DNA of 64,000 nucleotides, from NCBI GenBank assembly GCA_020725175.1, contig DYFM01000001.1, forward strand, positions 65,504-129,503, read 5' to 3'. Both the position numbers and the translations under genes were made by a program. The notes below the pieces were generated by a model. The model worked only from the letters and a program-made list of their open reading frames with translations. It was not told where the DNA came from and made no database searches. How positions within the stretch are numbered: position 1 is the first letter of the stretch; each line of letters starts with the position of its first letter. The DNA is from Candidatus Paceibacter sp. (GTDB taxonomy: Bacteria; Patescibacteriota; Patescibacteriia; Magasanikbacterales; UBA922). This document shows, piece by piece, positions 28,246 to 38,018 of the stretch.

Positions 28246-30519
28246 TTATTGTAATGGGAGGGAGTATACAATATTATTGTCGGTGACATATAGAGTTTGT
28301 CTCTCCACATCAATCACCATATCACTCGGCTGCTGCCACTCAGTGGCGGTGAGTTGTTTGATAAACTTACCATCTTTGGTAAAGAGGAGAATTCGTTTGT
28401 TGGTTGGTTCTAGGATGTAGAGCGTGTTATTTTCAGTGTTAGTCCAGATGACGGTAGGGTTGGTAAGTGCCGGGTCAACTGACGCGAGGGAGAAAGGTTG
28501 GATTGTTCCACGGTGTAATTTTAGTACATCTCCACGAGATCGAAGAACATATACATCACCATCAATTGTGAGGGAGACTGCGTCAGTCAGGTCAGCGGTT
28601 GTGTCTTGCACCCAGGCCGTACCTTTATCATAACCGATTTGTGTGCGGTTGTGCTTGTATATTTGATTGTTTGTTGGGTCTACAGTATATAATTTATCAT
28701 TGTATATATCAAAAGTAACAATAGAAGTATCAGTGTTTGGAAAAGCGATATCACGAGGGGCTACGGTATTATTTGCTTTAGAATAGCCGGCAATGGTCAT
28801 TGGGCCGGAAAGGAAGATGAGCTGCTCAGTTTCTTTGGCATATACACTGTCTGTCAAAGTCGGAATGATGTCATGCGATACGGTATCAACCCGCTCAATA
28901 CTAGGTTGATACATATACAGTACCGGGTCATGTACTCCAAAGAGTACGATGTCTGAGCCGATTCGAGCGATACTTGTTGCCTTGGCTTCAGGATATTGTT
29001 CTGACAGGGTAAGAACTGGGGTAGGGGTTACGATCTCTTGTTTTCTTAGGCGCTGAAGCAAGGACTCTATTTCTGCGGTTAAAGAAGTTATCTGGTTTTT
29101 TTGCTCTTCGGTTTGGGAAGGGAGTTCCGTTATTTTTCCTTCCGCTGTCTGAAGAAGAGATAGTGCTTTCACGTTGTCATTGTACACCAGCTTAGTATCG
29201 GCTTCTTCTTTGAGTTGTCGAATTTCATCAACCAGTACCAGATACGCCCGTTCTTTTGCTTCTCGTTGCTCTTTTACCTTGAGATACGCAATACTTCCGA
29301 CAAACAGTACGGCAAAGGTTCCAATAGCGACTAAAAGGATTTTACTGACAAGAGACATTTTTCTTACCGCGCGTTTTCGATATTCCAGACGTTCCTTGAA
29401 TCGTCCGACTATTTCTTTTCGGCTGTTGTTTTTGTTGGTAATTAAGATAACCAGCATAATGGCCCCACGACCAATCATCATGGCTAAATACTTGAGAGCG
29501 GTACCGATTCCAATTGCGAGGTTTACCAATCCTCTTCCGATAATGACGAGGATCCGATTGAATAGAGTTTCGGCTGGTGTTGATGCTCCTTTTCGATAAT
29601 TGGTTTCGGAATTTGCTGTCGTTCGGTGTGGAGTTGGGTGTGTAGACTTGAGCAACTGTTTTCGAGGTATTTTTTCTGGCGGAAGGGCTTCTTCTTGTTG
29701 CCAGCGATCTTTAATACGAGAACGCATACCTTTTAACAGTGGAGGGGAAAGTGTTTCTTCGGTGTGTTGTTGGGCGGAAATTAAATTGTTGAGAGAAGTG
29801 ACTGAGCCTTGGGTGTGTTTTGGAATTGGTTTTCCGGTACGTGGGGAAACCGCGTGTGTGGAAACGTGGAAGACTATGCCGCCAAAAGATTTTTCATCTC
29901 CAATATCATGCAATACTCGTCCGATGTGTTCGGCACTGTCTCGAGGGCTGCGTGAAGAAAGGATTTTTTGCAATCGGTCGTAAGCAAAGTGATCGGTAAC
30001 GCAGGGTGTACCGATAAACACCACATCATGATCACCCAGATTACCCTCAAGGGTAGAAGAAAACAATTGCCGTTCATCTTCAGGATTATGCTGATCTAAA
30101 ATATTTAATCGCTCAACCCCTTCTTGTCCTTGATAAAAAATGAGCGCATGAACATCGCCGCGATAAGAAAATGTCAGTTTATTTTCCAGAACATTCCCAA
30201 TAACACAATGAATGCGAGCATGATGTGAAGGGTCGTTGAGGTGCGCACCTTTTCGGTTGGCATACTCAAGAGCTAGTTCAAAGGCGCTTTTGTCGGCGGT
30301 ATCATCCATTTGGTAAAAACCGGTTTCTATTTCATTGATAATTTGCTGCAATTCTTCTATGTGTTCTCGTGTTCCTTCTTCAATTTCCACCAACGCAAAA
30401 AAGTACCCTTTTTGTCGCTCTTTTGGGGTAGACGGTTCGGTAATGTGGAGGAGAACATGCGACAAATCGGGATTTTTCCCTTCCACAAAAAATTCACTCA
30501 ATTCAATGGACCCAGGCAT
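28246..30519 (-). CDS. Membrane protein with an N-terminal cytoplasmic PP2C-like (possibly degenerate) phosphatase domain and a C-terminal extracytoplasmic beta-propeller-like domain
   Basis: IHCVIGNVLENKLTFSYRGDVHALIF resembles the PP2C motif TlvvalI..nklyvaNvGDSRayL. DVVFIGTPCVTDHF resembles DllLLCSDGLtD. ...GGIVFHV resembles DNITVIVV. Two TM segments fall in the middle. The C-terminal about 280 aa has repeated YxxD/NxxT beta-strand units. Confidence 0.45.
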   Translation of the reverse strand: MPGSIELSEFFVEGKNPDLSHVLLHITEPSTPKERQKGYFFALVEIEEGTREHIEELQQIINEIETGFYQMDDTADKSAFELALEYANRKGAHLNDPSHHARIHCVIGNVLENKLTFSYRGDVHALIFYQGQEGVERLNILDQHNPEDERQLFSSTLEGNLGDHDVVFIGTPCVTDHFAYDRLQKILSSRSPRDSAEHIGRVLHDIGDEKSFGGIVFHVSTHAVSPRTGKPIPKHTQGSVTSLNNLISAQQHTEETLSPPLLKGMRSRIKDRWQQEEALPPEKIPRKQLLKSTHPTPHRTTANSETNYRKGASTPAETLFNRILVIIGRGLVNLAIGIGTALKYLAMMIGRGAIMLVILITNKNNSRKEIVGRFKERLEYRKRAVRKMSLVSKILLVAIGTFAVLFVGSIAYLKVKEQREAKERAYLVLVDEIRQLKEEADTKLVYNDNVKALSLLQTAEGKITELPSQTEEQKNQITSLTAEIESLLQRLRKQEIVTPTPVLTLSEQYPEAKATSIARIGSDIVLFGVHDPVLYMYQPSIERVDTVSHDIIPTLTDSVYAKETEQLIFLSGPMTIAGYSKANNTVAPRDIAFPNTDTSIVTFDIYNDKLYTVDPTNNQIYKHNRTQIGYDKGTAWVQDTTADLTDAVSLTIDGDVYVLRSRGDVLKLHRGTIQPFSLASVDPALTNPTVIWTNTENNTLYILEPTNKRILLFTKDGKFIKQLTATEWQQPSDMVIDVERQTLYVTDNNIVYSLPLQ

Positions 30520-30610
30520 AAAATCTTTTCGCTAGGCTTTGACATTTTTTACTAAGACAAGTATACTATATTTGCATAATTTGGACAATAGCAATCTGCA
30601 TATGTATATG

Positions 30611-30715
30611 CGAACATACGAACTGTGAGTACGAACATACGAACTACGAACTGACGAATTTTATATTTCGGTTCGTAGTTCGTATGTTCGTACTTGTTTT
30701 TCGTACGTTCGTACA
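30611..30715. repeat. Palindromic intergenic repeat, GTTCGTA/CGAACATACGAA family, copy 1
   Basis: Perfect 23-nt inverted repeat gtacgaacatacgaactacgaac (30629-30651) / gttcgtagttcgtatgttcgtac (30671-30693), plus extra cgaacatacgaact and tcgtacgttcgtaca units. Homologous copies at 45322-45422 and 46350-46420. Confidence 0.75.
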
Positions 30716-30757
30716 TAACATTATTCTGATTTTCTTTACTTCTCAACTTGATGTAAT

Positions 30758-31366
30758 ATGCTTGAACACCTCTTTGGTTCAAAGACACGATTAAAGCTGT
30801 TGAAGTTATTTTTTGCTGAACCAGAAAAGTCGTTTTATGTCCGTGAATTGACTCGATTACTGGATGTGCAGATAAATGCCGTACGAAGAGAGCTCGAACT
30901 TCTGATAGCAGCAAAATTACTGATTGAAAGTGAAGGAGAGACAGAAAAAAAAGAAGAGGCAGATGATAAAAAAGCCGGTCTAAATTTGCGAAAGTATTAT
31001 CGATTGAATACTGAGTCAATTTTGTATCCAGAGTTACAAGCACTTCTATTGAAAGCACAGGTCTTAGGAGAGCAGAAGTTTATCGATGAGTTGAAGGCAA
31101 AAGCCGGCGATATGAAGCTTCTTTTGGTCACCGGGCGTTTTACGAATGATGAACGAGCAAAGACAGACTTGTTGATTGTCGGGGATATTGAAGAAAAAGC
31201 GGTCGCATCGGTAGTGGCGCGTCATGAAAAAGAATTTGGATTTGAAATTCGCTATACGATCATGACGGAAAAAGAATTTTATGAGCGTCGTCATATGATG
31301 GATAAATTTTTGTACTCGTTGTTTGAAGCGAATCACATGCGGGTAGTGGATTTGTTGAAAGTTTGA
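30758..31366 (+). CDS. Winged-helix transcriptional regulator-like protein (202 aa)
   Basis: N-terminal LFGSKTRLKLLKLFFAEPEKSFYVRELTRLLDVQINAVRRELELL is a wHTH of ArsR/MarR/PadR-like style. The C-terminal domain is of unknown function. Confidence 0.5.
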   Translation: MLEHLFGSKTRLKLLKLFFAEPEKSFYVRELTRLLDVQINAVRRELELLIAAKLLIESEGETEKKEEADDKKAGLNLRKYYRLNTESILYPELQALLLKAQVLGEQKFIDELKAKAGDMKLLLVTGRFTNDERAKTDLLIVGDIEEKAVASVVARHEKEFGFEIRYTIMTEKEFYERRHMMDKFLYSLFEANHMRVVDLLKV

Positions 31367-31379
31367 AACTATACGTCAT

Positions 31380-31778
31380 ATGTATGTACTCATCGACATG
31401 TCAGAGCAAGACCTTATCCGGTTGTCATTGTTCAATGAAGTAGAGGTCTATACAAGAGAGTTCTCAGAACGGAATCGGGAACTTCTTTTTTGTATTGATA
31501 GTTTTCTGCGTGAAACGGGTGTTCAAAAAGATGTGTTGCGAGGGATTGGTGTGGTAGTTGGAAGCGGATCGTTTACAAGTACGCGAATCGCGGTAACGAT
31601 GGCGAATACGTTTGGATACGCACTCAATATTCCGTTGTTAGCAATAAAAAAAGAGGAGCTTGGCTCGTTACCTTCATTGTTGAAGCGTATTCAAGCGCAA
31701 CCGGTGGGACAGTATATTTCTGCTACCTATAGTGGGGAGCCGAATGTTGGTTCTCAAAATAAAGAAATAGAGAAATAA
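31380..31778 (+). CDS. TsaB-like protein (N-terminal domain only, 132 aa)
   Basis: MYVLIDMSEQ... GIGVVVGSGSFTSTRIAVTMANTFGYALNIP matches the TsaB/YeaZ GPGSFTGLRIG motif. Much shorter than the canonical TsaB of about 230 aa. Confidence 0.55.
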   Translation: MYVLIDMSEQDLIRLSLFNEVEVYTREFSERNRELLFCIDSFLRETGVQKDVLRGIGVVVGSGSFTSTRIAVTMANTFGYALNIPLLAIKKEELGSLPSLLKRIQAQPVGQYISATYSGEPNVGSQNKEIEK

Positions 31779-31954
31779 AGAAACAAAATGTGATGTGTTT
31801 AAAGTAAACGGAAGACTGCTAGTTATTTCATAATTTCTTTTATTTATTTGTTTCATTTTTTCTAAACAAAATGCATTACTGGTTGATTAGTTTTTAGGTG
31901 TTAGTGGTGATAGCTTTTTGTATGTCATACCTTGTTATATAGTTTGTTGTTTTA

Positions 31955-33463
31955 TTGTTTTTTTACCTCGCTTCACTTATCATTATGTCCGACTACCTCC
32001 GTTACCGAATGTATGAAATACTCCCCGGACTCACCATTTGGTTGACGTTAATTTTGAGCATCTATCTTTCTTTTGCGCACCCCCTCATCATGATTTACTT
32101 TATTATTATTTTTGATATTTACTGGGTTCTAAAAGTACTAAATTTTGCATTCTACTTATTGATTTCATGGCGACGGTATTCTGTGGTAAAAAAAACTAAC
32201 TGGCGGAAGAAGCTCAAAGAAATTACGGCGGATGACACGAAACGCCATGTGGTTTTTTTAACATTGTACAACGAGTCTTGGGAGGTGGTGCAGTCGGCGA
32301 TACAGAGTATATGTGACGCGGCTTTTGACGCGAGAAGGTTTGTCATCGTCATTGCCGGTGAGGCTCGACAAGAAGCACACTACCTGGAGATTTTCGCAAA
32401 CGTACAAAAAACCTTTGGTCATTGTTTTGGCGATATTGTAGGAACACTTCATCCTGTAAACTTACCTGATGAAATTCCAGGTAAAGGGTCAAACCTTCAT
32501 TATTCAGAACAACAAATGAAGCAGTATATAGACCAAAAAGGGTGGAATTATGACGATGTCATTGTAACTATTTTTGATATTGATACGATTTGTCATCCGG
32601 AATATTTTGCATATCTGACCTATCTTTATGCGACACATCCACGTCCAACTCACACGTCATTTCAGCCGATTGCACTTTACAACAATAATATGTGGGAATC
32701 ACAAGCGCCTCTTCGCACAATGGCGTTTGGAACGACATTTTGGATGATGATGTCACTCGCTCGACAGGATTCTCTCGTCACGTTTTCTTCTCACTCTATG
32801 AGTTTTACCGCTCTGGTGAAGGCTGGATTTCATGATAAGCGGATCGTGAGTGAAGATTCACGGATTTTTTATCAATGCTTTTTGGCCTACAATGGAGACT
32901 ACGAGGTTTCTCCCATGTATATTCCGGTTTCGATGGATACCGTGCGAGATGATAGCTGGTGGAAGAGTATTAAAAACTTGTACAAGCAACAACGTCGTTG
33001 GGCTTGGGGAACGGAGCATATTCCATTTTTACTGTGGGAGTTTCGTAAAAAGAAACATGAGATTCCGCTCTGGAAACGGATCAAGTGGATTTTTATTGAA
33101 TGGGAAGGGAAATGGTCATGGGCAACGGTTGCTATACTCATTACAGTACTCGGGAGATTGCCAATGTATTTGGCCGGGGATGAAGTACGGCAAACTGCCC
33201 TTTATTTCAATGCTCCACATATGCTACAATGGCTTATGACGATCGCCATGCTCGGGCTATTTTTATCGGCAGTTCTCAGTTTTCCACTCCTCCCGAAACG
33301 TCCCAAAAGCCATCCGCGACATCGGTATATTATGATGGTGCTCCAGTGGCTGTTGTTGCCAATTTCCATGATTTTTTTGAGTGCAATTCCGGCGATTGAT
33401 GCGGTGACACATATGATGTTTGGAAAATATCTTGGTTTCAATGTTTCACAAAAGAAAAGATGA
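31955..33463 (+). CDS. Membrane-integrated family-2 glycosyltransferase (cellulose-synthase-like, processive GT2)
   Basis: N-terminal TM helices. FLTLYNESWEVVQSAIQS (GT-A), a DxD motif (IFDIDT), QQRRWAWG (QxxRW), and C-terminal TM helices. Confidence 0.75.
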   Translation: MFFYLASLIIMSDYLRYRMYEILPGLTIWLTLILSIYLSFAHPLIMIYFIIIFDIYWVLKVLNFAFYLLISWRRYSVVKKTNWRKKLKEITADDTKRHVVFLTLYNESWEVVQSAIQSICDAAFDARRFVIVIAGEARQEAHYLEIFANVQKTFGHCFGDIVGTLHPVNLPDEIPGKGSNLHYSEQQMKQYIDQKGWNYDDVIVTIFDIDTICHPEYFAYLTYLYATHPRPTHTSFQPIALYNNNMWESQAPLRTMAFGTTFWMMMSLARQDSLVTFSSHSMSFTALVKAGFHDKRIVSEDSRIFYQCFLAYNGDYEVSPMYIPVSMDTVRDDSWWKSIKNLYKQQRRWAWGTEHIPFLLWEFRKKKHEIPLWKRIKWIFIEWEGKWSWATVAILITVLGRLPMYLAGDEVRQTALYFNAPHMLQWLMTIAMLGLFLSAVLSFPLLPKRPKSHPRHRYIMMVLQWLLLPISMIFLSAIPAIDAVTHMMFGKYLGFNVSQKKR

Positions 33464-33561
33464 ATTGGGAAATTCCAAATAATAAGTTCCAATTTCCAAT
33501 GGTTATAGAATGAGAACAGTACGGCAAAAAAGATATTACTTGTTGGAAATTGTAATTTGTA

Positions 33562-35055
33562 ATGTGGAAATTATTTTTACGTTGTATGTTTGTCCATCGT
33601 CAAGAAAAAAGGAAATTGTGGTCGTATGTGTTGGGTATTTTTCTGGTTACTTTAGTGGCTATAGGTATTGGTGGATATTTGTGGGTAAAAACATTGACAT
33701 TTGATTCGGTTCTCAACTCTTCGTTTGTTCAAGAGCAGGTGAAACAAAAGTTGGGAACGAATGAAGCGGAACTGTTTGATCTTCTGCCGCGGGTATTGGG
33801 TTTTACCGAACCACAAACGTATTTGTTGTTGTTTTTGAATAATACCGAAATGAGACCAGGTGGCGGGTTTATTGGTTCGTATGCTACCATACATGTTGAA
33901 AAGGGACAGGTGCAAATTCTTGCTCTTGAAGGTTCGGAAGTATTGGATAAACAAACGCCAGCTGATTGGCGACCGACACCGCCACTGCCAATTAGCCAGC
34001 ATCTCGGAGTAGATCGATGGTATTTTCGGGATAGTAATTGGTCGCCGGATTTTTCGGAATCGGCTAAAAAAACATTGGAATTGTATTCTGGTGAAGGTGG
34101 GGTAGCAGCCAAAGAAATTGATGCGGTGATCGGGGTAACCACTTCTGTGCTCGAAGATATATTGCGTTTGACCGGTCCGATTGTTGTACAAGGAATAACA
34201 TTTACTCCGGAAAATGTTACCGAGACGCTACAATATGAAACAAATTATGGGTTCGGTGACCGCGGGATTGCGTTTATTGATCGAAAACAAATTTTAAAAC
34301 CCTTTGCAGAGGTGGTTATGAAAAAAATTCGACAAGATATTTTTTCTTCTTATCGTACCTACATAGACACAGCCTTTCGATTGGCCAACGAAAAACAAGT
34401 GATGGTCTATACAACAAATGCGGAAATAAACAAGCTCATAGAAAAACAAAATTGGGGCGGTAAAGTACATAGCACAGATGGTGATTTTCTTATGTGGGTG
34501 GATGCTAATTTAGCTGCATTAAAAACCGATCACGCGCTTCGTCGGTCATTACTGTATGATATTTCGGTTGATCCGGAGGGGAAGTATCTTGCTAAAGCTG
34601 CAATGACGTATCAACATACAGGAACGTTTGATTGGCGGACCAGTCGATATCGAACCTACACGAGAATTTTTGTCCCTCCCGGTTCGGTATTGCGAGAGGT
34701 GCGTGGACATGTACGCTGGGACCGAACAAATGATCCGGGGACGGTGGAGCAGGGAGAAGAGCTGGGGAAACAGTGGTTTGGAACATTTACCGCTATTGAG
34801 CCTGGTGAAACCAAAACACTAGAGTTTATTTATGAACTTTCTCCTCAGATAGTTAACGACATAAAGGCCGGTGTGTACCAGCTGGTTGTACAAAAACAAC
34901 CAGGAACAATTGCGCATGGTTTGACGCTCAGGCTTGATTTTGATAAGCTATTAACCGGCGCAAAACCGGCTGAGTTTCCGGACGAGTGGGGGGATGATAG
35001 ATATGTGGTAGAGTCGGATTTGCGAGTGGATCGGGAGTTTTTTGTACATTTCTAA
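33562..35055 (+). CDS. DUF4012-like membrane-anchored protein
   Basis: N-terminal TM, then LLLFLNNTEMRPGGGFIGSYATI resembles the DUF4012 signature (..NNaElRptGGfiGsy..). Sits next to a GT2 gene, as is common for this family. Confidence 0.45.
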   Translation: MWKLFLRCMFVHRQEKRKLWSYVLGIFLVTLVAIGIGGYLWVKTLTFDSVLNSSFVQEQVKQKLGTNEAELFDLLPRVLGFTEPQTYLLLFLNNTEMRPGGGFIGSYATIHVEKGQVQILALEGSEVLDKQTPADWRPTPPLPISQHLGVDRWYFRDSNWSPDFSESAKKTLELYSGEGGVAAKEIDAVIGVTTSVLEDILRLTGPIVVQGITFTPENVTETLQYETNYGFGDRGIAFIDRKQILKPFAEVVMKKIRQDIFSSYRTYIDTAFRLANEKQVMVYTTNAEINKLIEKQNWGGKVHSTDGDFLMWVDANLAALKTDHALRRSLLYDISVDPEGKYLAKAAMTYQHTGTFDWRTSRYRTYTRIFVPPGSVLREVRGHVRWDRTNDPGTVEQGEELGKQWFGTFTAIEPGETKTLEFIYELSPQIVNDIKAGVYQLVVQKQPGTIAHGLTLRLDFDKLLTGAKPAEFPDEWGDDRYVVESDLRVDREFFVHF

Positions 35056-35177
35056 TTCCTCATTCACTTAGTTTCTAAAGTGTCAAATACTACAGTTGCT
35101 CATGCTGAATCTTACAATAATTATTTGTTAGAACCGTAAGTTCAAACAGAAGAAAAACAGATATGGTCAGATCTTTT

Positions 35178-35312
35178 AATCCGCCCACAGCCCCAGGCGT
35201 GCACAGCAAGGCGGACGAGGGTCTTATTCCCACTAGCTTGCTACGGATTTTCCCATAGTGATACCCTGTCCGCTTCCACCCTAGGCGTACATGTGTGGCG
35301 GGGAAATTCATT
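35178..35312. repeat. GC-rich intergenic repeat (CCTAGG-core family), copy A
   Basis: aatccgcccacagccccaggcgtgcacagcaaggcggacgagggtcttattcc...ccctaggcgtacatgtgtggcggggaaattcatta. Near-identical 5' half and similar 3' end to 46900-47012. Short version at 28130-28180. Confidence 0.7.
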
Positions 35313-35415
35313 ATGGGAATTTCATTAGAAATTAGACAGTAGATGAGTTAGGAGTTAACAATTTTCCTATTGTTACTATGAAGATTTATACTGATCAGAA
35401 AGACTCTTTTATTCT

Positions 35416-36423
35416 ATGTTGATCAAAAAGGTAGCCATCGACCTTGGTACAACCAATGTGCTTGTCCACGTTCCCAAACGTGGTATTGTGATTAATGAGC
35501 CTTCGGTGGTGGCAGTTTCAAAAGAGGATGGAAAGATTTTGGCGGTTGGGGCTGAGGCAAAAGACATGATTGGTCGAACTCCGGATACTATTGTAGCTGA
35601 AAGACCGCTCAAAGATGGAGTAATTGCCAATTATCGTACCACAGAAGCTATGTTGCGATATTTTATTAACAAAGCAATTGGTGGAATTCGCTTATTTCGA
35701 CCGGAAGTAATGGTGGCGGTACCGGCCGGAATTACTTCTACCGAACGACGTGCGGTAATAGACGCGGCTATGATGGCAGGAGCGAGAGCGGCGTATATTA
35801 TTAAAGAACCGATTGTGGCTGCGATAGGGGCTGATATTCCAATTGGTTCTGCTTCCGGGCACATGATTATTGATATTGGAGGAGGGACAGCGGAAATTGC
35901 AGTGATATCTCTCGGAGGTATTGTGTCTTGTGGTTCGGTGCGTATCGGTGGAACTCGTTTTGACGCGTCTATTTCTGAATACATCCGCAGAAAATACGGT
36001 GTTGCAATAGGTGATCGAACGGCAGAAGACATAAAAATAACTGTTGGTTCAGCTATGTTCATGGACGAGCCATTGAAAATGGAAATTAAGGGACGAGATA
36101 TGGTACTTGGATTGCCAAAAATTTTGGAAATTTCGTCTGACGATACAACGGAAGCACTCCAACATGATCTCGAAGGGCTTATTGAGGCGGTGAAAGAAGT
36201 GCTTCATAAAACTCCACCGGAATTATCGGCTGATGTAATGGATAAAGGAATTATTATGTCCGGTGGTTCAAGTCAGTTGAGAAATCTGGATGAACTTATT
36301 GCGCAAGCAACCGGGGTACCTTGTTATGTGGCCGATGAGCCATTACTTTGTGTGGCAAAAGGAACCGGTATTGCACTTGAAAATTTAGAAAATTACAAGC
36401 GGTCAATTATGGCAACGCGCTGA
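35416..36423 (+). CDS. mreB: Rod shape-determining protein MreB
   Basis: IDLGTTNVLVHVPKRGIVINEPSVVAV plus actin-fold phosphate-binding motifs. Confidence 0.92.
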   Translation: MLIKKVAIDLGTTNVLVHVPKRGIVINEPSVVAVSKEDGKILAVGAEAKDMIGRTPDTIVAERPLKDGVIANYRTTEAMLRYFINKAIGGIRLFRPEVMVAVPAGITSTERRAVIDAAMMAGARAAYIIKEPIVAAIGADIPIGSASGHMIIDIGGGTAEIAVISLGGIVSCGSVRIGGTRFDASISEYIRRKYGVAIGDRTAEDIKITVGSAMFMDEPLKMEIKGRDMVLGLPKILEISSDDTTEALQHDLEGLIEAVKEVLHKTPPELSADVMDKGIIMSGGSSQLRNLDELIAQATGVPCYVADEPLLCVAKGTGIALENLENYKRSIMATR

Positions 36424-36504
36424 GGCGAAATTTCAAGAAACAAGTTACCTGTCTGCTGGCAGACACGGCAAGATACAAACAAAGTTCAAATTCAAAATCT
36501 GTGA

Positions 36505-36535
36505 AAAAATCCTGAGTTTTCTCAGGATTTTTTCT
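36505..36535 (+). terminator. Intrinsic terminator after mreB
   Basis: gaaaaaatcctgagttttctcaggattttttctc. Confidence 0.75.
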
Positions 36536-36603
36536 CTCAAGTTTATTTTCTTGCGTTAATTTTATACTAGAGACTTTTAAGCCCTTCCCGCATTTCAGGC
36601 ATT

Positions 36604-37068
36604 TTATGCCAACTCTTTCACATCTTGCAATACCTCATCCACATGGTTCTTCGGATTTACATTTTCGTAGTGTTTTACAATCTTTCCATTAGGATCAATC
36701 AAAAAAGATTCCCGTTTGATACCGATATATTTTTTTCCAAACATGGACTTCTCGCCTAATACTCCAAATTTTTCCAATACTTTTTTGTCGGTATCTGCTA
36801 AAAGCGGGAAATTCAGCTCCTGTTTTTCACAGAATTTCTTATGTGATTCGACAGTATCAGCACTCACTCCTACCACCATCACTCCTAGTTTGGAAAGTTG
36901 TTTCATGTTATCTCGAAACTGTTTGGCTTCAATAGTACATCCGGGGGTATTGTCTTTTGGGTAAAAATACAGTAAAAGCCAACTCCCGGCAAAATCTTTC
37001 AAGCTGTATTTTTTTCCATCTTGATCGGGAAGGATAAAAGACGGAGCTTTTTTGTTTACAAGTGACAT
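36604..37068 (-). CDS. bcp: Thiol peroxidase, Bcp-type peroxiredoxin
   Basis: KAPSFILPDQDGKKYSLKDFAGSWLLLYFYPKDNTPGCTIEAKQFRD (peroxidatic Cys in a PGCT context). Confidence 0.85.
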   Translation of the reverse strand: MSLVNKKAPSFILPDQDGKKYSLKDFAGSWLLLYFYPKDNTPGCTIEAKQFRDNMKQLSKLGVMVVGVSADTVESHKKFCEKQELNFPLLADTDKKVLEKFGVLGEKSMFGKKYIGIKRESFLIDPNGKIVKHYENVNPKNHVDEVLQDVKELA

Positions 37069-37142
37069 AGGGAAAATTGAAAAAAGATGAATATACAGGT
37101 ATAGTATCGCAAATGGTTTATTTGGGCAAGGTTTATTGTTTT

Positions 37143-37295
37143 AGATTGAGAAAGAGATAAAGATTGAGAATAAGATTAAGATTAAAATTGAGATTGAGAT
37201 TAAGATTGGGATAGAGATTAAGAATTGAGGGGTGTGTACAAGAATTAAGAATTTAGAATTAAGAATTGAGAATTGAGAATTGAGAATTGAGAATG
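37143..37295. repeat. Hexa/heptanucleotide microsatellite block (AAGATT / GAGATT units, then (GAATTGA)x4+)
   Basis: gattgagaaagagataaagattgagaataagattaagattaaaattgagattgagattaagattgggatagagattaagaattgag...aagaattaagaatttagaattaagaattgagaattgagaattgagaattgagaat. Confidence 0.85.
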
Positions 37296-37333
37296 TAGAA
37301 CTATGAAGGTTGAAAACATGAAGAGTATTATGT

Positions 37334-38011
37334 ATGAATAAGAGAATTATATTGTTGGTTGCACTATTGTTTGGTCTGGTGATGCAATTTTTTGGGGCGT
37401 TGGGATATTTTGTGTTATATCCAGGAACGTCGGTTGCGTACGGATTATATGTTGCTACTAAAGTGCTACTAGTTATTTTGCCGTTGTATTTTTTGCGTGA
37501 TGTCGGGGTTTGGTGGAAAACATTTTTTTCTTGGGATAAGTCGCCTGTTCAGCATGGTTTTTTGTGGGGAGGTATATTGGGGTTTGTTGTATGGCTGACA
37601 TTTTTTGTGTTTCAAACAGAGTTTCTTTTGGTAAAAGAAACTATTGTAGACAAAGTGTCAGCGTATCGCATTCAAGCGTTTTTTATTCCTTTTGCGTTGT
37701 TTGTGAGTATTATTCATTCTGGAATAGAAGAATATTACTGGCGAGGATTTGTGTTTGGAGGTTTGAAAAAGTATTTGTCGGTACCGTATGCAATGACTGT
37801 CAGTTCGTTGGCATTTGCGTCCCATCACTTTTTAATTGTCAATGAGTTTTTTTCAGTTTTGGTTTCCCTTGGATTGACTGCGGCGGTGATGGTGGGGGGG
37901 TTGGTGTGGTGTTATTTATATCAGAGAACTGGAAAATTGGTAGCGAGTTGGTTGAGTCATGCGATAATTGATGGAGTTATTTTGGGGATAGTTTATTTTT
38001 ATTTTTTGTGA
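37334..38011 (+). CDS. CPBP family intramembrane glutamic endopeptidase (CAAX protease/Abi-like)
   Basis: EEYYWRGFVFGGL (EExxxR), FASHHFLIV (FxxxH), SHAIIDGVIL (HxxxD/N). Multiple TM helices. Confidence 0.85.
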   Translation: MNKRIILLVALLFGLVMQFFGALGYFVLYPGTSVAYGLYVATKVLLVILPLYFLRDVGVWWKTFFSWDKSPVQHGFLWGGILGFVVWLTFFVFQTEFLLVKETIVDKVSAYRIQAFFIPFALFVSIIHSGIEEYYWRGFVFGGLKKYLSVPYAMTVSSLAFASHHFLIVNEFFSVLVSLGLTAAVMVGGLVWCYLYQRTGKLVASWLSHAIIDGVILGIVYFYFL

Positions 38012-38018
38012 GTTAATA

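Noticed and set aside
33652-34191. 179-aa and 137-aa minus-strand ORFs
   Set aside because: Antisense within the DUF4012-like gene. No RBS or motif support.
35631-36062. 143-aa minus-strand ORF
   Set aside because: Antisense within mreB.
37143-37295. Possible CRISPR array (regular short repeats)
   Set aside because: Repeat units are only 6-7 nt and directly tandem, with no spacers. No cas genes in the window. It is a microsatellite rather than CRISPR. The same reasoning applies to the 8-mer arrays at 54755 and 62444.
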